From an uncultured candidate division Zixibacteria bacterium (GTDB taxonomy: Bacteria > Zixibacteria > MSB-5A5 > UBA10806), in assembly GCA_963801605.1 (NCBI GenBank), contig CAWDFP010000006.1, positions 160,001-224,000 on the forward strand: a stretch of DNA of 64,000 bases, read 5' to 3'. The stretch's first letter is position 1; the number at the start of each line of letters is the position of its first letter. A program made the position numbers and the translations under genes. The notes beneath the pieces are model-generated. The model saw nothing but the letters and a program-made list of their open reading frames with translations, was not told the origin of the DNA and ran no database searches. Shown here in pieces: positions 41,137 through 51,737 of this stretch.

Positions 41137-43255
41137 TTATTTCAGCGCTACGGTGCTATCGGCCCACTTGTCGTAGTGATCCTGGCTGGTGAGAAGAAGA
41201 ATCTGGTGGTTCTCCGAAATTTCCTTGAGCACTTTCATGGCATTTTCCATGCGCTTCTGATCGTAGCCGGCGAAAGGATCATCAAGTATCATCACCGAGC
41301 TTTTATCCTCGGCGATTAGCTCCGCCAGGGCCAGCCTGGCGGCCAGATATATCTGTTCGGTTGTTCCCGACCGAAAGACCCGATTCGGGATCAAGCCATA
41401 TCCGACGGCATCGGAAAAGACCTGAAATTTCATGGTAGATTTATCGAAACGTACTTTGGAGTAGCGGCCTGATGTCAGTTTATTCAAGATATCGGAGGTG
41501 CGGCTATTAAGCACTTCAAGTGTCGAAACAAGCACATTCTGCCGGGCCTCGTTGATACAATCGGCGGTCAGATTGAGCATCGTGATGGCTTTATTAAGAG
41601 ATTCGACCCGTTCGCTGAACTGTTCCCGGCGCTCGATATAGCCGGCCAGAAGTTCGGCGCCTCCCTCGGCATTCTCAAGTTGCTGGCACAAGAACGCCCC
41701 GTTCCCGCTCCAGGTCTTTGACGCGATCCTCAAATTGGGTGATGATCTGTCTTTGACGGTTTAGCTCGCTTTCGTCGGCGACATACTGGGCCAGTTCTTT
41801 TTTGATCTTGGTGATTCTGGCAGTTGTCTCGTCAAGCGATTCGAGGCGGCTTTCAAGCTCCTGGGATGATTGACCTTCAAGAATGCCCTCATAGGTTTCG
41901 CGTTCCCGGGAAACCTGTTTTTCGAGATCATCAAATTGCCAGATGCTACGCCTGAGATCATTAAGCGACGATACCGAGTACCTGGCCAGAAGTTCGTTTA
42001 AAGCCGATGTCTGACCTTGAAGTTCAACACTCAGTGTGGTTAATTTTGATTCCAGCTTGGAAGAGTGGTCACCAAGATATTTACGATGCTGATTGCGGGA
42101 AACTGCAATACCCAGCCCAAATATAGTCATTGCAATGGAGGCCACAACGCCATAACCGGATATTGAATTCAGGAATGACAAAAAGCCCATAAAATATGAC
42201 AGCCCCATAACGACTGATCCCAACCCGCCCAGAATAGCGGAAACGATATAAACCTGGCCAATTTTGTAGGCCTCGAACTCTTCCTTAGCTTCGGCAGCAT
42301 CGGCCTCAAGCTCTCTGCTTTTGGGTTGAAGATAGCCCAGGCTTGATTCGATGTTATTTACGGTTTCAATATCTTTGGAATCGAAATTTTTCAGGCTAGC
42401 CTGCCGGTCACGAAGGATTTTGATTCTTTTAAGCGATTCCTGCGCCTCTTCCAGTTTCAGCTCTAGTTCCTGACGTTCGCGGGTAGCCACCACGAAACCA
42501 TCCTCAAGCTCATTGGCTTTGAGACTTTGTTCGAGGTGTTCCTTTTTAGAAGCGAGGTCCTCGCGGATATTTTTATAAGCCATTTCGACTTGAATAAGAT
42601 CAGAGCGTTTAGATTTCAGATTGGTTATTTCGCGGTTGAGCTTTTCGATATTATAATCAAGTTCCTTAGAGACCTTATCGAGATGAGCCAACTCACCGCT
42701 GCCAGTTTCATTTCCGGCAATTTCGGCAATTCGCTTCTTAATTTTAGCCAAAACATTGGATGCGGCCTTTTCCTCTTTGCCGCCGGTAACAAGCGATTCC
42801 AGTTTATCTTTTATCGCCTCGAAAGAGCTTTCGATTTCATTTATTTCCCCCTGGGCAATACAAGCGGTGGCCCTAAAGATTTCCTCGGATGGCATCCCCA
42901 TCTGCTCGGATAGCCACTGCTCCACAAAATCAGGGGCCTCATTTTTGATCCCGGCAGCCTCGTTTTCGAGCTCGGTTTTGCCGGCCTTAAAATCCTTTAG
43001 AAGGCGATAAGATATGCCCTCGATATTAAGCACGGCTTCGAGAGCGGGCAGCTCGTTGGTTTCCCAGCGGGTTAAGCCAGCGATTTCCTTTCGTCCGGAG
43101 ACAGGATCGAGGAACAAAGCCGCGGTGATAGCGCTGGCCAGAGTCGATTTTCCTGCCTCGTTTGGCCCTTTGATAAGATTCAGGCCAGGAGTGAAATCGC
43201 AGGAAAAGTTTTCAAACTTACCAAAGTTATGAAGGAGTAGATGAGAAATTTGCAT
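41137..43255 (-). CDS. SMC/SbcC (YhaN-like) AAA ATPase with internal TM segments (apparent indels near 41690 and 41370-41405)
   Basis: NFGKF, Walker A GPNEAGKST, Q-loop IAQGE, coiled coils, (L)SSGTTEQIYLAARL, Walker B MILDDPF. Confidence 0.85.
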
Positions 43256-43256
43256 C

Positions 43257-44390
43257 TTACCAGACCTCCTTCCCTGTCAAAAGCGTGTAGCCGGTCTTAA
43301 GCGATTCCTCCAGCTCCAGCCGCTGGACGCCATCAGCCTTCTTTAATCTTTCCACCATTACCTTTAGATATTGGCCCAGTATCGTCTTTTCCTGGACTTT
43401 AATTTCGGAGATATCGGGCAGCACCCTGGTGCGATCTTCAAATGAGAGCTCCAGGAAATTACCCTTCATCTCCTCATGAATCGCTTTGATATTCAGACCG
43501 GATTCAAATAGCGCCAGGCCCTCAAGAGTAGCTCTCAAGATAACATCCGGCCCGGCGAGACTGTCTAACTTTTGCTTGAGTTCATCGACATTGACGACTT
43601 CTTCCATTGAAATCTGAGTTTCTTTCCAGATCAGACTGCCAATATGTTTAGGCTCAGTCGCAAGAAGATCGCCGTCAAGAGTGATCAGAAGGCAATTGCC
43701 GGAATTGGGCGAATCTGAGAAGATAATCTCTGGCGATCCGGAATAGGCAGCCTTAATTCCCACTGCGGTAAGATCGAGTCGCTCACTTTGGCCGCCAAGA
43801 GCGGCGTAGCTAAAGCCGCCTTTAGCCAGATCGTCGGGAGTGAAACTGTGATCTTTTCCGGCATCAGCCTTATCATGAATCAGATTACCATAGATAACGG
43901 CAATATGATTGGCTGCTTTGCCAAATTTCCGAATCCTCAACGCGGGGTTTTCACGTCCTGAATCAGCCGTTACAGGGTGACCATAGACGGTAGCAGATAG
44001 ATTAGGAAGTTCGATATATGGCTTATCCGAATCTGCCAATATATGAAGGTTTTCCGCTGGCGAAAGGATCTGCCACTCCTCCCAGAACGATCCTTTTTGA
44101 TAAGGATCTCGCGCCCCCGGCAGGACCACAACGGGGATTTTCTCCAGCCGTCGAATCTGGGCCAGAAAGAAGTTGAGCAGGTTCTGAGAAATGTCGGGGT
44201 TGTCGAATGTATCGCCTGCCAGTATTAGAAGATCCGCCTTCTCCTCGATTGTCAGATCGATTAGCTTGACGAAGGCGTTTTTGATAGCCACGCGGAGCTT
44301 ATCGCCCGGCACGGCCTGCCCCGATTTTGTCGGGTCCTGCCCGGAGAAAGTTGCCCCCAGGCGCACGTTAGAGGATTGTATTATTTTCAT
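43257..44390 (-). CDS. SbcD/Mre11 (YhaO-like) metallophosphoesterase-fold protein with degenerate metal ligands
   Basis: LILAGDTFD and YSGSPE retained; DxH, GNHD and GHxH replaced by SNVR, GARD and GGQS. Confidence 0.8.
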   Translation of the reverse strand: MKIIQSSNVRLGATFSGQDPTKSGQAVPGDKLRVAIKNAFVKLIDLTIEEKADLLILAGDTFDNPDISQNLLNFFLAQIRRLEKIPVVVLPGARDPYQKGSFWEEWQILSPAENLHILADSDKPYIELPNLSATVYGHPVTADSGRENPALRIRKFGKAANHIAVIYGNLIHDKADAGKDHSFTPDDLAKGGFSYAALGGQSERLDLTAVGIKAAYSGSPEIIFSDSPNSGNCLLITLDGDLLATEPKHIGSLIWKETQISMEEVVNVDELKQKLDSLAGPDVILRATLEGLALFESGLNIKAIHEEMKGNFLELSFEDRTRVLPDISEIKVQEKTILGQYLKVMVERLKKADGVQRLELEESLKTGYTLLTGKEVW

Positions 44391-44743
44391 ACGCTATTAT
44401 TATCGGCAGAAATCGCGAGGGCTTAATGGGGGCCGGCCAAATTATCTGGGCGGTAGGCTATGTGGGAGCTTGAGGTTATAGCGCGAATCAGCCGCTTGAG
44501 GTTGCAAAATGCGACATTAAAAGATGGTCGGGGTACCGTGTCGACCCTAGGTTATCTCAGGTCCGACACTGCAATTTGATTTCCAGATGAATATCATACA
44601 CAAACCGCATTCAATCTGAACTTTCGATTTAAGGCATAAGTTTGCCGCCAAGGAGTTCAATCGTGTTTGAAACCGACGACGAGTCCGTTGCCGGCTACAG
44701 AATCGATTTGGCGGCGGGAATCACAGTTCCCACCTGCATCAAT

Positions 44744-46420
44744 CTATCTTACCACCCGTATTTCTTGGCAATCAGATGTCGGCGAGATGCTGCCCTCGGA
44801 AAGCAGCTTATCGTGGAAACGCTTGAGGTCGAATTTGTCGCCTTCCTGGGCCTGGGCGCGAGCTCGCATGCGAAGGATCATTGTCTTGCCGGTCAGATAT
44901 GAAAGCGCCTGAGTTGGGTTGGCGCAGTAACGGCGGATTTCGCCGGTGTAATAATAATCGTTTTTACCGAGCTTTTCGTTCATGAAATTCAATGCGGTCT
45001 GAGGCGTAAACCGTCCGGTCTGCAAACCGATATCGACGATAATCCTCACAGCGCGAAATTGGATGCCGCCCAGGACGCCATCCCATTGCCTGAGATCATC
45101 GCCATACAATCCCTGTTTATAGACCATCTCCTCACAATACAACGCCCAACCCTCGACCAGAATATTATCCTGCTGAATCTTCCTTATCCTGGATTGGTTG
45201 CGGTTGGCGATCAAAAGCTGAAGGTGATGGCCGGGATAACCCTCATGTACAATTGATCCCCGGAAAGAGCGACGATAGATATAAGATACATAATCCGCTT
45301 TTTGCTTTTCGGTAAACGAATCAGCAAGCGGACGAACATAGAAGAAGCCGTTTTGGAAGGAATCAAGCGGAGGCGGGGGTTCGTAGGCAATTCCGCGTAT
45401 GACGCCGCGCATAAAGGTTGGAGTTTCCATGGGAATGCACTCGCCAAAATTGTCCGGAATGGTGGCGTAACCGCTCTGGATGACATAATTCTTCATCATT
45501 CCAATTTCCCAGCGGTAATATTGCAGGATGTCGTTTTTATCGATACTGGGAACGGCGAAATGCGGCATCGTATCGGCAGGCGGCAGGATTGTCTCCAGAG
45601 CTTTCATCTCGGAGTCGGTTTGGGCGTAGAGATTATTTCCCAGGCTTAGCAGCGAATCGGAATCGGTATCGAGCAGGTGAACATCCGAAAGCAGAAATTC
45701 GAGATTATCCTTTCCAATGGAAAAGCTTCCTTTGGCCGTTTTCTTCAGTTCCCGGCAGTAGAGATTGAAATTTTTAAGCGCCATCACCGCGGCGCTTCTC
45801 GATTTGTTAATTTCCTCTGCGCGTTCGGGAAATTTCACCGACAAATCCTGACAGACATCGTTGATAAGCTTAACTCCCTCATCTAATGCTTCGCCGGCAG
45901 TTTCGACAAATATCGGCACTGGTTCTGTAAGGTTGGCTTTGGCAACATTACAGATATTTGGTATCTCGTTCAGACGGGCAATAATCGCATTCATCCTGGT
46001 TTCAAGCGGTGCGAAATCGCGGAGTACAAGATAATAGATACCATAAATACATTGATCGCTATAAACCGATGGAGATTTTTTCCAATAGGGGAAAGTCTTG
46101 AATTGAAAAAGCAGGAATTTAACATTTGCCAGGATGAGCTTTTGATCGATTTGATCGTCGATAGACCATCCGATGGTATCCACGTTCGAGATCATCTTTT
46201 TTTCGGTTTCCAGATATTTAACGAACGCCTCGATATTCTTTTTTGAGAAGTCGGCAAGATGGTTATCGTATTTGTGAATCCCGATACCTGTACCCCAAAC
46301 CGGATCGAATTTCGCAAAGTTGTCGATCACGGTATCGACATGCGCTCTGAAATCTGCGGGGGTCATAGCCCAGAGATTGCCGGCACTGAAGATCAGGATC
46401 AAAAGTGCGATCTTTTTCAT
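44744..46420 (-). CDS. DUF885 family secreted protein (putative metallopeptidase)
   Basis: HEGYPGHHLQ, EGWALYCE, EIRRY..PTQALSYLTG, FDLKRFHD; last residues probably frameshifted. Confidence 0.9.
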   Translation of the reverse strand: MKKIALLILIFSAGNLWAMTPADFRAHVDTVIDNFAKFDPVWGTGIGIHKYDNHLADFSKKNIEAFVKYLETEKKMISNVDTIGWSIDDQIDQKLILANVKFLLFQFKTFPYWKKSPSVYSDQCIYGIYYLVLRDFAPLETRMNAIIARLNEIPNICNVAKANLTEPVPIFVETAGEALDEGVKLINDVCQDLSVKFPERAEEINKSRSAAVMALKNFNLYCRELKKTAKGSFSIGKDNLEFLLSDVHLLDTDSDSLLSLGNNLYAQTDSEMKALETILPPADTMPHFAVPSIDKNDILQYYRWEIGMMKNYVIQSGYATIPDNFGECIPMETPTFMRGVIRGIAYEPPPPLDSFQNGFFYVRPLADSFTEKQKADYVSYIYRRSFRGSIVHEGYPGHHLQLLIANRNQSRIRKIQQDNILVEGWALYCEEMVYKQGLYGDDLRQWDGVLGGIQFRAVRIIVDIGLQTGRFTPQTALNFMNEKLGKNDYYYTGEIRRYCANPTQALSYLTGKTMILRMRARAQAQEGDKFDLKRFHDKLLSEGSISPTSDCQEIRVVR

Positions 46421-46426
46421 TTTCTT

Positions 46427-47788
46427 TTATCCTTTTAAGGTCAACCTGCAGGCGGCCTCGATATGAAATGTATGCGGAAATAGGTCCATCGGCACAGCTC
46501 TATCGAGATTATAGCCGTCATCGACAAGGTCCTTGATATCACGAGCCAGGGTGGCGGGATTACAGGATATATATACCATCTTCATCGGTTTTAGCTCAAG
46601 CAGAGATTTGATGACGTCGGGATGACAGCCGGCGCGCGGCGGATCTAAAAGAACCAGATCATATCTCTCATCTTTTGCGGTTTTAAGATAATTGGCCACG
46701 TCTGAAATTACAAAGCGGCAGTTAGTGACCGAGTTAAACTTGACATTGGCGTCGGCGTCGGCGATAGCATCAGCTACCGACTCGACGCCCACAACCTCAG
46801 AAACGAGGTCGGAGAAATAGATCGCGATTGTTCCAGTACCGGTGTAGAGATCGAGCATGCGGTCGGAGCTTTCGGGTTGGGCAAGTTCGATTGCCAGATC
46901 GTAAAGGCGCTGTACCTGATAGCTATTGGTCTGGAAAAAGGAGTTGGCTGATATACGATAGCGATGTTCCCCAAGCTGTTCGTAGATATGATCCGAGCCG
47001 TAGAGAATTGTTTCTTTCTCGCCTCTGGCGATATTAGCCTTTTCGGGATTGACCGTATGAGATATCGAAACAACCGAGCTGAATTTGGCGCCGATTTCGT
47101 CTGCCAGAATCTTGAGCGCCGGGAAGTCGCCTTTTCCGGTAACGAGATTTACCAGCATTTGGCCGGTGAATTTCCCCTCGCGGATAACCAGAAAACGCAG
47201 ACATCCGGTATGATCGATGATATGATATGGCGGCAAACCCAGTTCGACTGAGCGGGTGCGGACAAATTTAACAATTTCATTCGATACTTCGGATTCGAGA
47301 TGGCATCAGTTGAGTTGAAAAATATCCTGAAACCGTCCCGCGACATGCAGCCCCAGCAGAGTTTCGCCGTCACCGCCAACATGAAATGAGAATTCCATTT
47401 TATTGCGATAGTAATAAATCTTGTGAGCGCCAATTATCGGTTCAACCGGAGGCTCTTTGATTCCTGCAATATGAATCAACGCCTGGCGAACCTGATCCTC
47501 TTTATATTTTTTCTGAATGGCATATTCCAGATGCTGCCATTTGCAGCCGCCACAGTATTCGAAATGCTCGCAGGCCGGGGTAATCCGGTGCTCCGATGGA
47601 GTAACTATACGGGCGATTTTAGCCTCGGCATAACTGCCGCGCGCCTTTTGTACTTCGGCCTCAATTACATCTCCAGGAACGGCCGATTCGACAAAAATTA
47701 CAAATCCATTGGACCTGGCTACGCCCTTGCCGCCGAATGCCAGATCGGTTATCGTTAAAGTGAGAATTTCGCCTTTCCGCGGCCGCAT
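46427..47788 (-). CDS. rlmD: 23S rRNA m5U methyltransferase RlmD (frameshifts near 47240-47310)
   Basis: TRAM domain, CEHFEYCGGC, YRNKMEF, SFFQTN, DPPRAG, YISCNPATLARD, DLFPHTFHIE. Confidence 0.9.
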
Positions 47789-47939
47789 TTTATCTCCAGT
47801 AAATATTTCCCATAGCAGAATAATATGCCAATCGGCATAGTCCTTATCTATTATGATAAATTATGATTGAATGCACAAGGAAAGTCAATCAAAGAACGAG
47901 GGCAAGAGTCTCAATTGCCTCCTGATGAAAAAAAGGCGT

Positions 47940-47969
47940 AAAAAAAACCTCCCGCAGTGTGGGAGGTTT
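47940..47969 (-). terminator. Intrinsic terminator
   Basis: AAACCTCCC...GGGAGGTTT hairpin with a T-run on the minus strand. Confidence 0.7.
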
Positions 47970-47991
47970 CAATTTTCATATTAATTCTATT

Positions 47992-48912
47992 TTATAGTAA
48001 AGACAGAATCGATTTGACGATAAAATTGGCTGGATCGAGGGGCCTGTTATTTTGATGAACCTCGTAATGCAGATGCGGCCCGGTGGAATAGCCTGTTGAA
48101 CCAACTTGCCCGATTACCTCGCCCCTTGCTACCTTATGCCCGCAGGCAACCATGATCTTGCTTAAATGGCCATAAGATGTCGTGTAGCCGTTGCCGTGAT
48201 CGATAATAATCAAATTGCCCAGACCGGCTTGATAGGATGTGCTGGTCACAATACCCTCGGCCGTGGCGCAAACTGCTGTTCCCCTGGGAGCGGCTATATC
48301 GATTCCGTTATGCGGCTGGTAGGAACCGGTAAAGGGATCGGGATGGATTCCAAAGCCGCGTGTAACGAAACCCTCACAAGGGTTGATGGTAGGGGTATGA
48401 TCAAGTGTATTTTTGCGAGCTTGAACAAGAGTTAAAAGATCCTCAGTTGAGGCGTTTTCAAGCTCAAGTTGACGACGGATTTTTTCAATATCCTCTTGAA
48501 CCATCCAGGTGCGTTGGCCAAGCTCCGAACCGACTAAAGGTTCGGGGTTAATATCGCCGCCGACACCAACTTCCCTGACATCGGAGTCAATGGGAGGAAG
48601 ATCAAAAACCAGGCGAATTTGCTCATCCCGCCCCACGATATTAGACATCTCTGATTTCAGGAAGGTCACTGTGGATTCAAGATCGCCGAGCTTGGCCGAG
48701 AGAACCTTATTCTCCTGTGTCAGGCTGACAAGCTCCTTTTTATCCACGGTCGATTTGATAAACCCGATGGCTGAATATACGCTGGCGATAATAAAAAAGG
48801 TTATAACCAGGGAGCAAACCACCAAAAAGCGCTGGCTTACTTCTCTATTTACGACCCGTCCGTTTTCAGGTGGAACGATCAGGATTGAGTATTTCTTATT
48901 ATTTGATAGCAC
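47992..48912 (-). CDS. M23 family metallopeptidase
   Basis: N-terminal TM, coiled coil, HNGID, YGHLS, STGPHLHYEV. Confidence 0.92.
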   Translation of the reverse strand: MLSNNKKYSILIVPPENGRVVNREVSQRFLVVCSLVITFFIIASVYSAIGFIKSTVDKKELVSLTQENKVLSAKLGDLESTVTFLKSEMSNIVGRDEQIRLVFDLPPIDSDVREVGVGGDINPEPLVGSELGQRTWMVQEDIEKIRRQLELENASTEDLLTLVQARKNTLDHTPTINPCEGFVTRGFGIHPDPFTGSYQPHNGIDIAAPRGTAVCATAEGIVTSTSYQAGLGNLIIIDHGNGYTTSYGHLSKIMVACGHKVARGEVIGQVGSTGYSTGPHLHYEVHQNNRPLDPANFIVKSILSLL

Positions 48913-48982
48913 TCCACATCCCGTTAAGTTAAAGACCTCGGCAAAATTACCCTTTCAGCAAGATAGTGTCAAGCTCTTTCTT

Positions 48983-49123
48983 TCACTTGATAAGCAGGTA
49001 ATCCTTCTTCAAAATCTTCCCAACTACCTTTACAAACTTCTCCGGATGAAGGTTTTGCAGGCTATAGAGATGCCAGCATTGTTTCTCCGGCAGTGCGAAT
49101 TGCGATTTTCGTTTCTTGGCCAC
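48983..49123 (-). CDS. Small basic hypothetical protein (46 aa), not in the ORF track
   Basis: AAGGAGG SD 5 nt before GTG; MAKKRKSQFALPEKQCWHLYSLQNLHPEKFVKVVGKILKKDYLLIK*. Confidence 0.5.
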   Translation of the reverse strand: MAKKRKSQFALPEKQCWHLYSLQNLHPEKFVKVVGKILKKDYLLIK

Positions 49124-49411
49124 GTTCCCTCCTTTAATTTGCCCGCTTATGCATCGCGAAGACTCAGTTAAGCGGCGCGCGATTCCCCTTTAGGCTTGCC
49201 CATGAATTGGGCCATGCAAGTAAGGAAACGTGCAATTCTCATTCCCGAATTCAGATACCAGGCTCCGAGTTGAAACACTGCGTTAATCCCTTATCAAAAA
49301 AAGATTTAGAGAACGCCTTGAAATCGAACTATGGTATTATGTCAATAGGGTGATATGGGGGAATCCCCATAGTTATAGGAAATAGCGGTTATTATTCTTT
49401 GTGATGAAGCG

Positions 49412-49678
49412 CTAAATATCAATATGATCGATTATGGCTACTATCACGGTTCGGACCGGGACTTCAGATTGGCCCACCACAGCCATTGCTGAACGACCCT
49501 CCTGGGTAATGAGCACCAGATCACCGACTCCAGCATCGACGGAGTCGATTGCCACCACCGATTCGCCGGTCGGTGCTTGCTGCGGAGTGAGAATCGCGAC
49601 ATTAAGGAGGCGCTGGTTTTTATAAACCGAATGTTTAATCGTGGCTGCGATATTGCCTGTGACTTTTCCAATCAGCAT
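49412..49678 (-). CDS. EutN/CcmL family microcompartment pentamer (BMC-P)
   Basis: GKVTGNIAATIK, VAIDSVDAGVGDLVL, IVAIID. Confidence 0.9.
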   Translation of the reverse strand: MLIGKVTGNIAATIKHSVYKNQRLLNVAILTPQQAPTGESVVAIDSVDAGVGDLVLITQEGRSAMAVVGQSEVPVRTVIVAIIDHIDI

Positions 49679-49679
49679 A

Positions 49680-49940
49680 TCAGCCCAACTGATCCACTAT
49701 GCCTACGATGGCAGCATCGACAGGAATCTTTTTTTCCGGTAGACAGTAGGTTGCCTCGCGAGCGGCCACCCACCAGACAAGTTCGCCGTCGCCGGCCGAA
49801 ACTGAATCAGCGGCCACAATGGGAGCGCCTTGCGGTTTACCGGTATTATCGACCGGCTCGATGATGCGCAGCTTTACTCCCAATAGCTGGGGGTCCTTGA
49901 TTGTGCAGACAATGGTTCCTTTGACGCGAGCGAGTTTCAT
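49680..49940 (-). CDS. EutN/CcmL family microcompartment pentamer (BMC-P)
   Basis: MKLARVKGTIVCTIK, VAADSVSAGDGELV, PVDAAIVGIVD. Confidence 0.9.
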   Translation of the reverse strand: MKLARVKGTIVCTIKDPQLLGVKLRIIEPVDNTGKPQGAPIVAADSVSAGDGELVWWVAAREATYCLPEKKIPVDAAIVGIVDQLG

Positions 49941-49946
49941 TCTCAA

Positions 49947-50252
49947 TCAGCTTTTATTCATAGCGGTGTTATACGTGGTATTGCCCGAAAACTCGATATG
50001 ATCAATTATCCCAATGACGATAGCATCGACCGGCGTGGTGCTCATATTCTGCGCCTGACGGGCCGAGGAGCCGCGTACTACCAGCACCAGATCGCCTATG
50101 CCGGCATCGAGCGAATCAAGGGCCACGATTGGCGCTCCGCTTTTAGGCGCACCCGATGTATCGGCCATTTCCAGAAGCAACATTTTATGGCCACTGAGCT
50201 TGGCATCCTTGCGGGTGGCGACTACGGTTCCTTTTACTCTGGCTATTTCCAT
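49947..50252 (-). CDS. EutN/CcmL family microcompartment pentamer (BMC-P)
   Basis: ARVKGTVVATRK, VALDSLDAGIGDLVL, GSSAR, PVDAIVIGIID. Confidence 0.92.
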   Translation of the reverse strand: MEIARVKGTVVATRKDAKLSGHKMLLLEMADTSGAPKSGAPIVALDSLDAGIGDLVLVVRGSSARQAQNMSTTPVDAIVIGIIDHIEFSGNTTYNTAMNKS

Positions 50253-50275
50253 ATCAATTCCCGGTAAGGCGTGAT

Positions 50276-50500
50276 TTAAATTTTCTTTTCGGTATCGGGC
50301 GATTCATCATCAGTTGTGTTTTGATCGGATTTGTCATCCTCAAGCGGTAATTGATCGGTAGCATCAAGTCCTCTTCGTCCAAAAGCCTTGAGCAGGATAT
50401 GCACTACCGCTCCCACGATCGGCAGAATTGTAAAAACAATGATGAAAATCGCCCAGAACGGGTTCTTCTTAAAAAAATCGAGTAAACTACCATCCAGCAC
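50276..50500 (-). CDS. Small single-pass membrane protein
   Basis: One TM plus an acidic tail; TTGACT-17-TAGATT promoter ends 6 nt before the GTG. Confidence 0.6.
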   Translation of the reverse strand: MLDGSLLDFFKKNPFWAIFIIVFTILPIVGAVVHILLKAFGRRGLDATDQLPLEDDKSDQNTTDDESPDTEKKI

Positions 50501-50607
50501 AATAGGAATCTACCTTGGATATTACTTGCAGTCAAGTTGCATATTCAGACGCGTTAGCTCGCAATTCGGCGCTTGACAGCGGTTTCGGTCGACATTATAC
50601 CTAGTAT

Positions 50608-51075
50608 ATGATTACAATCAGAGAGGCACGAGAGGACGAGCTGCTCAAAGCCGGTGAGCTTTGGGCGGATTTCATGCGCTTCAACGGCAAATTCGACAGC
50701 TCCTTCACTATCAAAGACAAGGCCAAGGATATCTTCTCCAGGGAGATGCTGGAAAAATATCCGGCCAAGGATTCCCGGTTGGCTGTTGCGGATGACGGCC
50801 GCGAATTGGTGGGGTTCTGTTTTTCCTACATTTCGCGCAAGCCGAAATATTTCAAGATCGAGCGTTTCGGTTTTATCGGCGATCTCTATGTCAAGCCGGA
50901 GCACCGTCGGAAAGGCGTGGGCCATGACCTGGTTCGGGATGCGTTCAACTTCTTCGCCAAGCGACGGGTAAATCAGATCGAGCTATTGGTGGCTGTCAAA
51001 AACGAGGATTCCATCAAGTTCTGGGAGGCGCACGGCTTCAATCAGCTATTGACCTGGATGTATAAGAGGATATGA
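50608..51075 (+). CDS. GNAT family N-acetyltransferase
   Basis: IGDLYVKPEHRRKGVG, N..SIKFWEAHGF. Confidence 0.9.
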   Translation: MITIREAREDELLKAGELWADFMRFNGKFDSSFTIKDKAKDIFSREMLEKYPAKDSRLAVADDGRELVGFCFSYISRKPKYFKIERFGFIGDLYVKPEHRRKGVGHDLVRDAFNFFAKRRVNQIELLVAVKNEDSIKFWEAHGFNQLLTWMYKRI

Positions 51076-51088
51076 GATTAGTTGGTAT

Positions 51089-51122
51089 GCCTCAGGATGG
51101 AAACGAAGTGACATCCTGAGGC
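51089..51122. repeat. REP palindrome copy 1
   Basis: GCCTCAGGATG...CATCCTGAGGC. Confidence 0.8.
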
Positions 51123-51125
51123 CAC

Positions 51126-51728
51126 TTGAATAGAATGACTCATGATTGGAAAAACTTCTACCTGGATTATTACATTCACCATGTGACCGGTACGGTTCAT
51201 CAGTGGCAACCGATCCTGTTATCCCCACAAATAACTGAACTGTATTATCAGGAATATCTTCGTCTGGCTAAATCAATAGAGATTTGGACATTAGGGTATG
51301 TTATAATGCCGGAGCATTTTCATTTGTTGATAACGGCGGATTCAGGCGATAAAATACTGCGCTTCTTACATGGATTTAGGCGATCATTGTCAGGAAAGGC
51401 CAGAAGGATGGTCGAATCAACTAATTCTGAAATAATTGAATATTGTCGATTGAATGCAGTTGATATCGCAAAATTCTATGCTAAAACCGCAGGCAAATCG
51501 AATTTTAGGTTCTGGAAAGAAAAGCCCCGAGTATTTCCGATGAATTCTCCAGAAGCTATTCAACAAAAACTCGATTATATCCACATGAATCCAGTACGTA
51601 GAGGGCTTGTCGATCTGGCAGAAAACTGGCCGCATTCAAGTATTAAGGCTCACCTCTACAATGAACCGACAAGAATTCCGATTGGACTTGGGCCTCAGGA
51701 TGTCGCTGAAAGAACGCTTCCATCCTGA
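51126..51728 (+). mobile_element. REP-associated tyrosine transposase (RAYT, HUH Y1)
   Basis: HHVT, YVIMPEHFHLL (HUH), FW, YIHMNPVRRGLV..WPHSS; flanked by inverted REP palindromes. Confidence 0.88.
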
Positions 51729-51731
51729 GGC
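51692..51731. repeat. REP palindrome copy 2 (inverted relative to copy 1)
   Basis: GCCTCAGGATGTCGCT...GCTTCCATCCTGAGGC followed by ATAAC. Confidence 0.8.
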
Positions 51732-51737
51732 ATAACC

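Noticed and set aside
49200..49250. Possible sigma-54 promoter upstream of the small ORF
   Set aside because: GG/GC spacing does not match TGGCAC-N5-TTGC
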